Part shown: piece by piece, positions 27,108-44,268 of the stretch
How the letters are laid out: every line of letters starts with the position of its first letter
Position numbering within the stretch: position 1 is the first letter of the stretch
Assembly (NCBI GenBank): GCA_964016885.1
Contig: OZ024743.1
Span: 267,902,001-267,966,000, forward strand
Source of the DNA: Eledone cirrhosa
Taxonomy: Eukaryota
Reading direction: 5' to 3'
DNA length: 64,000 nt
Made by a program: the position numbers and the translations under genes
The notes under the pieces: generated by a model
Databases searched by the model: none
The model's input: only the letters and a program-made list of their open reading frames with translations
What the model was told of the DNA's origin: nothing

Positions 27108-28789
27108 CGGCAGCAAGAAATACAATATAACGCTACACACACAGCACAATACAATAATCTCATACAATAGAGAGGGTGGCAGAGATCGATATTTACCAAT
27201 CTTAGGATTTTATCGATTTCACGTAGTTGTGTTTGTGGCTATGTGGCTATCGAAGTTGTGTGAACCACATGGTCCGTTGATGAAAACAATTAACGGTTAG
27301 TTTTGTAATGGCAGACCAGGTAAGAAGAACGGACAACTGTGCGTGTAGATTAGTTTCCGTCGCAGTCACAGTCGACACAATCTTCATCAATTGTTAACGT
27401 CGTCAGCGTTATCGACGCAGTTGTTCGTTGTTTAATGTCGGTCATTTTGTTTTGGAAGAATTCGTTTGCGTTGACAATGAAATGGCGAAGCCTAATTAAA
27501 ATATCGTTAAAGATCGGAATTGCGTTCATGTTTGTCGAGCGTGATGCCACAACGACAATTGTTGTTGTCCTTTTACAGTATTCCAATGTCACATCAATGT
27601 TGTATTTCGATAAGTTTTGTTATCTTTTATATTCTTATTATAATGTGTTATGATATTACTGTCGTTGTTGCTGTTTAACTTCAGATCAGCCCTGCTTGAG
27701 CAGGCATATGATCTAAAGATTTTCTTCCTTGGCTATCTTGTCTTTTGAGTACATATAACTACACTATACAATGGGCAATCCCTTTCATAAGACGATAGTG
27801 TGAAATTAGAAGAATTTTGCCTGGCCTTTCTAGAATATTTAGTGATCACTTAAGTGTTCCTGCGTTAAACATGTAATTAAAAGTATTGTGTTTTAAACAG
27901 AGGTGGTGTTGTATTCGGCATAACTATCTAGAAATAATAACAAAATTACTGAGATAACCAAATGCATATTAAATGAAACCAACATTGTTTTCAGCTTTTA
28001 GATTCGAACATACACGGGTAACAATTCATATTCGTAAAATTCAGTTCTCAAGGCTGTGTAATCTATAAGAAGCGTTAGACTGCTATTCAATGTTATTGGT
28101 GTTATATTTTAGCCCCAGGTCAGCTTCAATCGTCAGACCCATAATCATAATTATTCCAACAGTGACAATTATAAAGGAGCTTCAAATCTGTTGTAATCCA
28201 CCAAATTCGCGACGGACTGTTGAAATGTTCATACATCTGTACATCTCCACCGTTGTGAGTTACCTAACCACACTTAATATATCTGAATGCTTTCACACGA
28301 GATATCCCCATACTATCCTACCTTCATTACCAATATTGAAGACTGCAAAGAAGCAGAAGTTACCAGCATGGAAGCCGTTATATTATTGATGTATCTGTGC
28401 AAATTCATGCATGTTTCCTAGATGGAGAACTCAAAATATATGCAAAAGTCAAAGCCATTAGTACACATGTATAATCTCAGGAATTGTAATCAGTGAGAGA
28501 GGTACTATATGGTGTCCCACCATCCTTGAAATACTAGCCATGTTAGGATACTCACAACAGGAGTATCTTCAAATGAGAGCCTATTAAGGTCTAAACAATA
28601 TGAAAAGATAAACAAGTTGTATGGTCAAACCCAATGGAATGTAATTACTTCACTAGGGCTTGATGAAGACAACCACAAGAATATGGTCCGAACGGGGAAG
28701 AGTCGAATTCCCACTGTCATCGCATCCATCTCTCTCGCCCTCCACATCTCTCCGTATGGTGATCAAATGGATTCCCACGTGCTAGCCTC

Positions 28790-29030
28790 CCCACAGACCC
28801 GGCGGACAGAATGGCTAAGGCGTTTCCCCGTAGTATGTTAAGGGAGATGGGCTGGAAGAGACATTCTAACTCACGAGGCTCACACCTGCGGCTGTCCAGC
28901 TCTGCGCCTATAGTGGTGAGTAAGGAGTTAGCCCTAGGACCAAGGACACCAGTAGTCTCCACTGCCAAGGGCACGACCGTGAACCTGTCGGAGAGCGACC
29001 GCTACTCGGAGAGTTTGGTTGATCGGGTCT
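28790..29030 (-). pseudogene. CRE-like non-LTR retrotransposon RLE C-terminal fragment
   Basis: KLSE*RSLSDRFTVVPLAVETTGVLGPRANSLLTTIGAELDSRRCEPRELECLFQPISLNILRGNALAIL fits the P-AVET-G..RE..LFQ..S..RGNA signature of CRE-type RLE ends. Confidence 0.75.
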
Positions 29031-29272
29031 GAAACAAACGTCCATTTTATCATCTCCTCTGCTAATGTACCTTGTAGTGAAATTGATATTTGGATATTCT
29101 TTTCCCTGTTTATCAACATCTTAATATAAATATATCGATATATATATATGTGTGTGTGTGTGTTATTGTGTGTGTGTGCGTGTGTGTATCTATCTATCTA
29201 TCTATATATATATGTATTTGTCCCCTTCTTTTGTGCCCCTGTGGCTAATAAAGAAACATATCTATCTCTCTC

Positions 29273-29363
<91 letters not shown>

Positions 29364-29720
29364 ATGCAGGTAAATTCTGTAAGTGGGTAAAACAACAGTA
29401 AGGCATTTAGATTATTTCAAGCGTAGATAGGGTTTATTCCATATCCAGATTAGCGAAAGGTATTTCCGAGTTAAATCCAGTTGGTATAATTCCGTTCCTC
29501 TTAGATTTATAATCACAAGCCATGTATTAACACACAAATTAGATCACCGAGTTTCAACAATTAATACGTTATTTATTTCATCTCTATATGTTCCATTCTC
29601 TAAAAGTATTCTTTACAATACCTTTATAGAGGAATTATCAGGATCAGTTATGTTCTATACAACGTAGGTATTGTAAACAATATTTTTTACAGAATGAAAC
29701 ATGTAGATCAAATAAATAAT

Positions 29721-29899
29721 TGTTTCTACATTTGGCACAAGGCCATCAATTATCCAGTACATTACTGGTACTTTATTTTATCGACCCCGTAAGGATGAAA
29801 GGCAAAGTTAACCTCGGTTGGATTTGAACTCAGACCGTAAAGGGACGTAACTATGCTGGAAAGCATGGCATCCGACCCTCTACCAATACTGCCAATCCC
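29721..29899 (-). mobile_element. SINE family 1 with 19-bp target-site duplication
   Basis: TSD TGTAGATCAAATAAATAAT at 29702-29720 and 29900-29918; same core as other copies. Confidence 0.9.
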
Positions 29900-29966
29900 T
29901 GTAGATCAAATAAATAATGTATTAATTCTAGAACCTTAGTGATCTATTTCTTGTGTGTATATATAT

Positions 29967-30177
29967 ATGAAAATATTTAACCCCGACGGCAGAGCTCAAG
30001 CCGTTTCGACGGCTATTTCTGGACTCACTTAGATAAAGAGTCCAGAAATAGCTGTCGAAACGGCTCGAACTCTAACGTCGGGGTTAAACATTTTCATATT
30101 ACCCACACTACTACCCTAAGTATTGAGTACTCTGGTGCGTTATGGTCCATCTGGTTCCTCACCACACCTCCTTCGTT
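29967..30177 (+). mobile_element. Family B element with ~60-bp fold-back
   Basis: Arms 29967-30026 / 30038-30098, then family B tail into TA. Confidence 0.82.
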
Positions 30178-30226
30178 ATAAAAAAAAATAAATATATGCA
30201 TGTGTGTATGTATATATATATATATA

Positions 30227-30354
30227 AGAAAAGGTTCAGGACCCCGACGGCAGAGCTCAATCCGTTTCGACGGCTATTTCTGGAATCTTTATCTAAGTAT
30301 CGAGTACTCTGGTGCGTTATGGTCCACCTGGTTCGTTACCACACTTCCTTCGTT
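30227..30354 (+). mobile_element. Family B element, inverted part joined to tail with internal deletion
   Basis: ACCCCGACGGCAGAGCTCAA..CGTTTCGACGGCTATTTCTGGA then CTAAGTATCGAGTACTCTGGTGCGTTATGGTCCACC. Confidence 0.75.
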
Positions 30355-31735
30355 GTCACGTTGCCCCAGTCCAACCTTGTCACGTTCAGTGGCACGCTGA
30401 ATCTCCTAGAAAATACGTTAAGGGTACTCGTGTCTGTAGAATGTTCAGTTACTTGCACGTTAATTTCAGTAGCAGGCTGTTCCGTAGATCGGGTCAATTG
30501 GAACACTCGTCGTCTTTTCTGAAGGAGTGCCATCATATATACATATATATGGACTGCATTGCAGAATGTAGGGTGCTTCAACATCAGTTTTGGAGCATTT
30601 TGAATGGGAGCTGACTGTTATTTCTAACAAAATAATGACTACATATGGGCTCCTTTTCAGGTGTTATTTCTAAATACACAGCCATAAATAGATATTACCT
30701 GCGTCTCTGAAAACTTAGACCAAATATATTCCGTATATCTTTCGTAATAGTGGGTAGAATAAATAAATGTTTTCATTAGATGTAAACGTAGCCAGAATTT
30801 AGTACATGAGAAATAATAAGGTATGGTTTTATGGGCATTTTTGAAAGCAGCAAAATAAGGGAATATTTAGTCAAAAAATAATTTAAACGCTGCTACTTGT
30901 GATCAGGAATTTTAACAACTTTATAAACACAACTCGGTCAGGAACTTGACACACGTTAAACGGCAGCTATTGCAGGTTAGATAAAGTATTATCCTTATTT
31001 ATTATCTCTGAAAGGAAATATTACTAAAATATTATATATTAATGGGAGTATATACATTAATCGTATGAGCATCGTTATCAATCTTTTTGTTTTGTTTTAC
31101 CTATTCTGTATTTCGATCGGTTCAAAAACATTATATTGCATTTTGATTAATGGAATTACGTAAGGTTATCGGGAATATATTTTTCCTGTAATGAATCTTG
31201 AACATTTTGTCATGTTCATCGTATGTAAAATCAATAACAGGCAATATCCTAAAGATCCTGATAGTAATTTTAAAACCACAGGATTATTTTGCTTCTTTGG
31301 AGCTTGTTTTGCATATAGTGGGGAGGGAATATGTAGAATCGTTAGATTGTCAGATAACTTCCTTTGCTTTATTTGTTCCGGATTTTATGATCTGAGTTCA
31401 AATCTCCTCGATATATGCTATGCTATTAATCATATATTTCTGACAACTGGGAAGATTCCAGTTGTTCTATGTGAAGTGTGAGCGATATATAAGATAATTA
31501 ATATTCCGAGGAAAATATTTTATTCATTAGTTGTTGAAGATGTGTAAAGCAGTATGCGTTCTACAAATGAAAGTGGGGATTTTATGTTGGAAATCATGAA
31601 AATTCAAGGATACGTAGCTAATATGTTTAAATCATAAAGTTACATGAGGTCTTATTTAATTTATTTTGGTTAACTGAAAACAAATTCATGTTATTAGGTA
31701 TGGTATCGAATTAAATTATAAAACACATCTACGTC

Positions 31736-31778
<43 letters not shown>

Positions 31779-33299
31779 AATGGAAGTTCAGCATAATCGA
31801 AGCTCTGGCTGCAGCTAAGCTAACGAAAGCAATAGGAATATATATATAAGTTCTTTGACGACGAGATTACGATCTTTAAGTGAAGGAATAAATTAATAAA
31901 CAATATTAAAAGTGGAAAATGTACATCAGCTGAAGCGAGTTGTATTTGTAAACACTAGAGTAAGATGAATTAGTATCCTCAGAACTGACAAATAATATTC
32001 TATAAAAACAGTATAATAACAAATATGAGTTATTTTATCAAACCGAATACTTTAAAAAGTTTGTTTACAAAGTACAATGTTTAAACAAGCGTATACATCA
32101 CGATTGAAAAATCAACAAATAGAGGATGTAATATTTTCGCAGTGTAGTATTCGTATAAATATTTTATATTTTTGACTGAATGTGTTTGTAGAGTTGACGC
32201 AGCAGAGCTGAATGCTTAAGTATTTCGTTTCGTAATCATTAGCAAGTTTTAATCTCACTGCTTTCTATCTGGATTAAATGTCATTTATCATGGCCAGAGT
32301 GAAATTGTGTAAACCAAAAATTATTGGAAACCCGTCGAATGGACTGTACCTGCAATTTGAATAGCCAGACATATCACATATTCTGCTGAGCTGAATATCC
32401 TCGAGGATTACGTTGAAAGTACGTGTCTTGGCAATGCTCAGTCGCTCGCACATTACTTTCAAGAGCAGCCTATTCCGTTGACGTGGCAATTGAAATGTTA
32501 ATCTTTGAAATCGAGGGAGGTGCATTCACTTGTTAGAGGTGTGTCTCTAATCTAAGGTCCTTAAATGTGTTGTATTAAATTATAGTTATATGTAATATAG
32601 TTAACAATTACTATTCACTTTTTGGAGTTTGGGATGAGGACAGATAAACAAATAAAGTTAAATATGAGGAAAGTACAAAGACCAGTGTACCAATTGTTCA
32701 AACCTCATAATTTAAGGACACATGGCAGTGTGGCATTACCTCATATTGAGCTCCTAGACACAGACACAAGCAGTAAGAAATATAGGGACAAAATAAATTC
32801 TGGAATGAGGTTTCCACGCTGTTGTTCGATCAAGAGAAAGTCTACTCCTGAAATTAATGGGTAAGTGGGTATTACTTATACAGTCAACGTAAAACTAAGG
32901 CCGCTTAACATATTCATTAATTTCACTGTTAGTTTCCTTTATTGGACAACAGATATGTCTAGGGGAAGAATTCGAGGACTAAGTGGATTATATTGTAAGT
33001 CTAGCACATATTTCACAATCTACGAATTTGCAGAATCATTAGAACTTCGGATTTTATATTTTTTGGTATTCGATGCGACAGTCGGCAGCTCTGAGATACA
33101 ATCCGGCTGGCGATAAACATTGATTTCCCTTCCACCTGAGATCGATTCAAAGTATTCTATATCACTTTCCTACTAACCCTCTCTCATTCTCTGGATATTC
33201 AAATCGGGAGAGAAGATGGATGCCGCCAAGTTTAATATGTTCAAAGCACCACCCGCAGACGGCGCTGGTACAGTTGCACATACTTACAGACAAACACAC

Positions 33300-33340
<41 letters not shown>

Positions 33341-33362
33341 CACATATATATATATATATAAG

Positions 33363-33536
<174 letters not shown>

Positions 33537-34097
33537 TTCACACAAATGTATACAAATATATATATATATATATTTCAAGAAATATGGACACATAAAATAC
33601 ATACATGCAAAAGAATATATATATATATATATATATATATAAAGAGTGCGAGGGAGACAGAAGAAGAGAGATAGAGGGAAGCGGGGGATGGAGACAATGG
33701 GAGAGTGAGAGAGATGGATGGCTCCACATCAATAATTGGAAAGTAGAGATAATTAGCAGAATGGGAGTAGAAGAAATGTTGATGATGTTATAAAGGTGAA
33801 TGATGAAAGGACGCGTGAATGGAAAGAAAGAATATACGGGGCAAAAAAAAGTTGTCCTAGATTATCCTTAATTAACAAATTAGGATCTTTAAATAATTGA
33901 TGTAAACAGATAATTGTTTATTAATGCTGTATTTATTCTAGGTTTTAATCGATAAATTTATAGGAGTCTCCATTCATTGTCTTAATACAAAATATAACGG
34001 TAGAACTTAACTACATGAATAATTATTACACACACACAAACAGACACATGTATATATATTCTTTTTTTCACAGTCAAGGAAGCACATACATATGCAT

Positions 34098-34164
<67 letters not shown>

Positions 34165-35804
34165 CGATCGTCTTTGTAAATGAACTGTTAAAAATCTTAA
34201 TTAGACCATTTTTCAAATAAATATTTTTCGAGTTTATTCATCTTCTCAAGTGTTGATATGTTTTTCGCTTCGTAAATTTCATCACTACCACCACGTTATC
34301 AAAGTATTGTGGAGAATTTGGATATTCACAATACGAAAATCATGATCTCAAATTATAATAGATTACCTTAGTATATGAACAAATAGAGACGATAATCACA
34401 TATGTCCAAAGAAATAATGTTTTCGTTGCTCTAGCTTCAGATCGAAAGTGTAACTTGAAGTATATTATTTTGCTCAAGAATACAACGCATAACGCTGTCT
34501 GTGAATCAACATTTGCCACCCATTTCTTTCTCTCTTCCTATATATATATAGGTATCTATATATACAATGATTGTATTCTGTTATATGTTATTATTATTTA
34601 CCGTTTAGTGCTTTGACGGAGTTTTAGCTTAACAATGACAATTATACTGCACACCAAATTTTAGATAATAATATATTTTATTTCAATAGAACATATAATA
34701 GGTCAGTTGAAATAATGATATACAATAACAATACGGTATTGAAATTTAAAATAATTCGCTGATTCTATTGATAATATATTATTTCTCATGATAAACAAGT
34801 GTAAGATAATGCAAAAAATCAGATTCAGACAACAACTGTGCCACTTATGAAATTAGAATAACTGTTGTGTCGTGTATATCTCAACTGCGGTGATTATTAC
34901 TCTATCTTCCGATGCATAACTCGGACATATTTTACCCCAAAATTGTATGTCAATATCTGTCTGCACTCTGCATTCAGACGCTATGAATACAATAACAATA
35001 ATGTACTATACAAAAATTATGTATAAGTAGAACTTAATATTTTAATTATTTTTGCTAAACTATTTTCTTGAAAATATCGATGAGTTTTATATTCGAAAGA
35101 AAAATCATGATATATTAGTTGTTGCCTGCTGGCATATGAACGCAAATGATGTTTGCGTATATAATTACCTCGGATTATGTTACTAGTTCAAATCCCACCA
35201 AAGTCAAGTCAATCATTTTTCTTCTTGGATGGATTAATTATGAAGTAGTTAATTACTTGTGATCATATATAACCATATATCCCACTTTAATTATGTCTTT
35301 GCACTTTTGTCTGAAATTATATTAATTATTATTTTTGCACCCAGTTATGCCATATTCAATAATGTGTAATAGATTACTTAATGTAGTATACCCTTGTTAA
35401 AGATATTGAGGCATAGTTTAAGCACGAGGCCAAAATGTTGGTGAAACTGTACGTCGATTAAATTGTCCCCTGTACATTATTTTATTGACTCAGAAAGGAT
35501 GAAATGCAAAATGGACAACAGTTTGATATGAGCACAGGAGGTAAGAGCCAATAGTTAAATGCTGGAAATCATTTTGTCCAATGCTCTAATGATTTTGGCA
35601 AACCCCCACACAGAAAAAATAGCACAATAGTATCTTTTACAATAGCGTATCTTTTATCAATAGATAAACTATTGTTCTTAAATAATATTAAAATGGATTC
35701 TAAATTTCAAAATAATGACGTAAATTATCATAGATTCTTCGTCGTATTCAAGAATGATAATTAATTTTTAGATAAATTGAATGTCCGACACATAAATTAA
35801 TAAT

Positions 35805-35951
35805 TATTTCTACTTTTAGCGCAAATCCAGCAAATACCCAGTACATTACTGGTACTTTATTTTATCGACCCCGTAAGGATGAAAGGCAAAGTTGAGCTCG
35901 GCGGGATTTGAACTCAGAATGGAAAGGGCCGTAAATCTATGCGTCAAACCG
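35805..35951 (-). mobile_element. SINE family 1 (head truncated)
   Basis: Core match; TSD AAATTAATAAT at 35794-35804 and 35952-35962. Confidence 0.85.
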
Positions 35952-36068
35952 AAATTAATAATGTTTACCTGGTCGAGTATTTTAAATATACGCAACGAAT
36001 ACAGCTAATTAAATGTATGTATATATAACAAAGAAGGTGTAGTAAGATACCGGGTTGATCTTATGTAC

Positions 36069-36114
<46 letters not shown>

Positions 36115-36118
<4 letters not shown>

Positions 36119-36860
36119 AAAATAACAGATTAAAGTTTAAGCAAAGAATCGCTGCTTTCACCCTTAATGGGATCTTCTGAAACTAAAAAAGTCAATCTGT
36201 GAACGCAGAAGTAAAAATTTCTAAAATAGGTCGCAACCGAAGGAAGACAGGAAGACGATACTTTGGTTCGTGGAAACGTTACCTGGCAAAGAACGGAAAA
36301 AACGAAGATAATACGTCAATATTTGGAGCGGTGAAAACAATTACACGCAAAGACAAAACCACGTTTATGGTATAAATGGTGTCGTACACTAATATTCTAT
36401 TAGGTGGTTCATGGAGACGTTCTCAGGCAATGAACGGAAAAAAACGAAGATAATACGTCATTATGTGGATCATAGAGAACAATTACACGCAAAGACAAAA
36501 CCACGTAAATGGTATAACTGAAGTCGTAGACTAAAATTCTATTTAGCGAACCGAATGATTCTCGGCTTCCGAGTTAAGAATAAAGTAAATAAAATACAGA
36601 GGTAAAGGAAATATATATATACATACACACATCCATATACGTACATACACAAGCATACGCGAATACCCTCGCCATGGGTATGCAAATACAGGCACGTACA
36701 CAAATAAAAAAAATAAAAAAACACGCAACAGGACCCACGCAACGCCTGTACCTACACACATACTAACGTATACACCAAATATGGTTCTTATATATCTGAT
36801 ATATATTTATCCTTATCGAGCCCTCTTTTTATTTTAGTCTTCAAATGTATTATTATTACT
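36115..36860 (-). mobile_element. Longer family C element (3' end at 36115 into (TA)n)
   Basis: 36115-36190 is the reverse complement of 24770-24840; internal tandem duplication. Confidence 0.62.
36270..36543. repeat. Tandem duplication, ~141-bp period
   Basis: GAACGGAAAAAACGAAGATAATACGTCA..ACAATTACACGCAAAGACAAAACCACGT..GTCGTA.ACTAA.ATTCTATT at ~36291 and ~36432. Confidence 0.85.
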
Positions 36861-36875
36861 ATATATATATATATA

Positions 36876-39342
<2,467 letters not shown>

Positions 39343-39384
39343 TGAGAGAGAGTGAGAGAGCGAGGGAGGGAAGGAGAGAGAGAG

Positions 39385-39433
<49 letters not shown>

Positions 39434-39917
39434 TAATAAGGGTTTAGATCGATTGCCAGTGATTTCGATCTCGTTCACAATTTACTGAACAAATTCATTT
39501 GCAGCACAATCATAGGATTAATTGTAATACAACATTCCCAAACAGAAGGCTAAGCTTTGCAAACAGTATAATTATTGTATCGAGTGATTAATATATGAAG
39601 ACGTTAAAGTACTTACAATTAGTGCGAACAAAATGCACCGGAGTACAAAAATCCACGTCTAACCCGATACAGTTCTGAATGCATAATGAGCAAATTCCGG
39701 ACAAGCGAATTCGCATCGGTCAGCTGTCCTATGAGGGATTTCCGAAAATCGAAGCTACTACTAAATTTTCAAGTCGGTGCCGACATCCCACGTTTGGCCC
39801 TGACTGCTTGTTGGTCAGTAAATGACAGCAGCAGTGGAGCACTGGCTGGGATTGGCGGTAATGCTTAATATAGCAACATGAGTTTACCAATACGGAGCAT
39901 ATATATATATTAACTTA

Positions 39918-39992
<75 letters not shown>

Positions 39993-40086
39993 ATAATAAT
40001 AAATTTGAAGACTTTAATCTGTTATTTTAATTATATATATATATATATATAGTAATAATAATAAATTTGAAGACTTTAATCTGTTA

Positions 40087-40158
<72 letters not shown>

Positions 40159-40730
40159 TGGCTAGCGCCAATTACTATAATAACGCGCTTTCTAAAGCCG
40201 GTTATCCTGATAAAATCAAATATAGTAAAGAAACAAATTCTAGAAGATCTTACAGTAGAATAATTAATCATGATCATTCCAATAACTTTAATAAAAGACC
40301 TAGATACAAAAACATAATCTGGTATCTCCTTTCTCCATCTCTATTAATAATAATATTCCTAAATTATTCTTTAGTGCCTTAAATAAATGCTTCCCTCCCT
40401 CAGATATCTATAGTAAAATATTTAACAAACACACTATAAAATTTTCATATTCGACCTCCTCCAACATCTCCAACATTATATCTAAACACAACAATAAAAT
40501 ACTAAATACTAAATATCTTCCTTCCAACACTGAATATCATAATAATAGTAATAGTACTCCCGACGTCATTGTAAACTCTAGGCTAATTTCTGCAAACCCA
40601 AATACAATGTCAAACGCAACTTCGTTAAATGCTCTTAATCCCAATCTAAATCAAGAAACTATTATTCCTATCGTAAATAACTTCTCCAATCCAATCCCTT
40701 CTATAGATAACACTAGGTCACTTGTTAATC

Positions 40731-41075
40731 ATCATTCATCATCATCATTTCATTTTACGTCCGCTTCTTCCCTGCTTGCAAGGGTGGGACGGGAACTGAT
40801 TCTGGCTTGATTTCTACAGCTGGATGCCCTTCCTAACACCAACCTAATTTACAGTGAGTGCTGGGTGCTTTTTTGCCGTGGCACCTCCACGACCACTTTA
40901 CAGTGGAATGATAGGGACCCCAGTCCTTATCATCTCATTTCTACAGCTGAGTAAACTGGAGCAATGTGAAATAAAGTGTCTTGCTCAAGGAAACAACACA
41001 TCACCCGGTCTGAGAATTGAACTCACAACCTTTTGATTGCATGGCCAATGCTCTAACCACTAAGCCATGTGCCTC
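40731..41075 (-). mobile_element. tRNA-derived SINE family 2 nested in the Penelope ORF
   Basis: Head TGGCTTAGTGGTTAGAGC..GAGTTCAATTC, core CCTTGAGCAAGACACTTTATTTCACATTGCTCCAG, tail GTTGGTGTTAGGAAGGGCATCCAGC..GGACGTAAAATG(ATG)n; TSD TGTTAATC. Confidence 0.87.
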
Positions 41076-41526
41076 TGTTAATCTCTCTAATCGCAATTGC
41101 AATTGCCCTGTTAAAAATAAATGTCCTCTCAACAACCATTGTCTTGAAAAAAACTTAATCTACGAATGTAAAGTTATAACTGACACCAATTCCTTTACCT
41201 ATTTTGGCTCCACTTCCACCTCCTTTAAAGCTCGTCTTTATAATCATCATTCGTCTTTTAAATACCAACTCAAAAGAACCAACACGGCACTCTCAGTACT
41301 CATATTGTCCTTGAAAGACAAAAATATTAACTATAACATCTCTTGGAAGAAGGTTTTTTCTGCTTCTACATATTTTAACAGTTCTCTATTGAAGACATGC
41401 AATCTCTGTTTATGTGAAAAATTTACCATTATATCTAATTTAGATTCTATAATAAATAGACGCACTGACTTGTTTTCTCTATGCTTGCATAAATTCCACA
41501 GAACATTCCTTAAAGTATACAGCTAA
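41075..41526 (+). CDS. GIY-YIG endonuclease domain of Penelope-like element (fragment of disrupted ORF)
   Basis: CNCPVKNKCPLNNHCL..LIYECKV..YFGSTSTSFKARLYNHHSSF..TALS..LK..ISW..CNLCLCEK..INRRTDLFSLCLH. Confidence 0.88.
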
Positions 41527-42481
41527 TATCTAATACTTTATCAATTTAAAATCCTTTTCTCAAAGGCACATATATATTTCTTTAAAAATATACCCATCTT
41601 TCTACCTTATTTCAATGTTATTTATTATACATTATATAATACTAGTTACTCATTCTATATCAATCCTATTTATCACTTCCCTTACTTTCTATTTTTCTTT
41701 TTCTTTTAATTTCTAACCCCTAATCTGTACCTTTTCTTCCTAGATACTTCTCAATTATCATTGTGCCTAACGTAGAAACAATTATTACTCAGCACAATAT
41801 ATTCTTACTTTATATCACCTTGAAAAAATCCTTCGTAAACATAAACATTTTTTTTACGTTAGATTATTGATCCCCAATTCATTATTTTTTTCTCCCTTTC
41901 ATGCTCATCTAACTTATACATATTACACTTATTCACCCACTCTTCTACTTCTTTCACAATATATCCTTAATTACATTACTATTGCTATATTTTTTATATT
42001 TTATAATAATACATATCAACAATTTCTTTCCATTGCACATATTATTAAACCCTTAAATATTATTCTTAATACATATTAAAAATATCTGTTCATCGCACAC
42101 ATTATTAAACCCTTAAATATACAAACCTTAATTTAACATTATTCTAAATTTTTCTCTTCGTTAATTTTCAAATTCTTTTAATTTATATATTATCTTCCAA
42201 CGGTTTTTCAACCTCTCTATGTAAAACAATATATTTTTCTCAGTTATAAAAGCTATCTCTCTCTATCACCCATCTCTCCTCCTATCTCATCCTTCCTCAT
42301 TATACGCCTCCCCCTCCACTTTTAACTCTCATCTCCTCCTCTTTTTCCTCCTTTCCACCCCAACCCCCCACACTCAAAATTTTTTTCCCAATATCACACA
42401 TCAATCTAAAACTATTTTTCATATGTTGATTTAAAACTGCACTATTCACAAGTGTGTTTTAACCTTCATATCATGTCTCCC

Positions 42482-42552
42482 TATTTTATCTGACGAAAAC
42501 GCATATGTGATTGCATGATGATATTTGTTTTTGAAATGCGCATAATAAAATA
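42482..42552 (+). ncRNA. Type I minimal hammerhead ribozyme at Penelope 3' end
   Basis: TATTTTAT-CTGACGA-AAACGCATAT..ATATTTGTTT(TT)-GAAA-TGCGCA-TA^ATAAAATA; perfect 8-bp stem I, palindromic loop III. Confidence 0.88.
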
Positions 42553-42581
42553 CATGGAACTTTTTAACCATCTTTTGATCT

Positions 42582-42693
<112 letters not shown>

Positions 42694-43057
42694 CTTCTGT
42701 GCTTGCTCGTGCGTGCGTACTTTGGTATTACTTGTGCAACTAACGGCCAGAATATTGTTAAGAGATATGGGAATATTCATTGTGATTTTACTAAAAACAT
42801 TTATCTCTTTTACAGTCTTACTATGCTGGCCTCTGAATTTGTGCCCGAGGCAGTTTTGATGGAATATGAAATTGGTTGTATCTCCTCTGATCTGATTTTG
42901 TTAGACTAATCTTTACGCTATCCGTTGAGAGTTGTTCTTCGCTGTCTTTTTTTTTTATCTCGACCATACTCATATATTTGTTTTGCTATTGATTCCTAAA
43001 GACATTTTGAAATTGGAATTGAAATATGAGAGACAGAATGACAAAATAATAATAATA

Positions 43058-43120
43058 ATAATTGTTTCTACTTTTGGCACAAGGCCAGCAATTATCCGAG
43101 TGCCTTACTGGTACATTATT

Positions 43121-43121
<1 letters not shown>
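43058..43121 (-). mobile_element. SINE family 1 3' tail fragment between (AAT)n tracts
   Basis: ATTGTTTCTACTTTTGGCACAAGGCCAGCAATTA..TTACTGGTAC. Confidence 0.7.
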
Positions 43122-43166
<45 letters not shown>

Positions 43167-43261
43167 CAATAATTATAATATGTTAATATAAAAGAAAAGA
43201 ATACAAATCTCCATATCATCAAGCCATAGAATCTCTTCATATTGTATTCGATTTTACAGAC

Positions 43262-43297
<36 letters not shown>

Positions 43298-43530
43298 TGG
43301 CAGGTTGGGTGTAAAAATATTGGTTACCAGGAAGAGACAAAAGGGACAGCCCACAAATACAATACTATCATTTAATTTTTACATTGAATAAATAACATTT
43401 TAAAAATATCCTCTCTATTTCTGTGTATGCAATTGACGGTAGGATTGTAAAGTAAAAATACAGATTACAGAATATATTACGAATTTCTTACCGTATCCAA
43501 TAAAAATGATCTTGTGAAATATGCACATTC

Positions 43531-43635
<105 letters not shown>

Positions 43636-44024
43636 CATGATGATCATGGTTGCAACTCGATTTCGAGTAATGTTATCGCTTGATACTTAAGCATGAGTAT
43701 GCATCAGAGACGTGGCTTTTTAGTCCTAGTAGGGATTTGCCTGTAGCAAGCAATGCCTTACATCGCAAAAGAAATGTCATATCAAAGGATGCCTTTGCTT
43801 GAAACTCTTTTAAGTGAGGAAAGGTTTTGCACGGGTCCAATCTCACTCTCTGAACATTGAATGTGTTTAACCAAAAAGTAGAACTGGTCTACATCATTGG
43901 ATTCAAACGAAGTCGCAGGTTTTATATCAGAGTGACCTTCTAGAGAGAGTTTTTTTACGTGTTTTGTTTTTCATCTCACAGGGTGTCCAAAATCCTTCTC
44001 CTGACTTGAAGAGCGACCTGCATA

Positions 44025-44109
<85 letters not shown>

Positions 44110-44121
44110 AACACACGCACG

Positions 44122-44166
<45 letters not shown>

Positions 44167-44220
44167 ACACACACACACACACACATACACACACACACAC
44201 ACAGGTGATGATGGTGATTT

Positions 44221-44268
<48 letters not shown>

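Noticed and set aside
32270-33230. Possible APE-LINE remnant on minus strand (INVYRQP; SPFDGFP)
   Set aside because: Short motifs in broken frames; cannot be supported without a search
36270-36543. Repeat-spacer (CRISPR-like) array
   Set aside because: Only two long diverged units in eukaryotic DNA; an ordinary tandem duplication
40990-41075. tRNA-like sequence
   Set aside because: It is the head of a SINE with body, tail and TSD, not a tRNA gene
41527-42480. SECIS element / selenoprotein recoding in the Penelope-like element
   Set aside because: No in-frame TGA at conserved Cys in the visible domain and no convincing SECIS seen by eye
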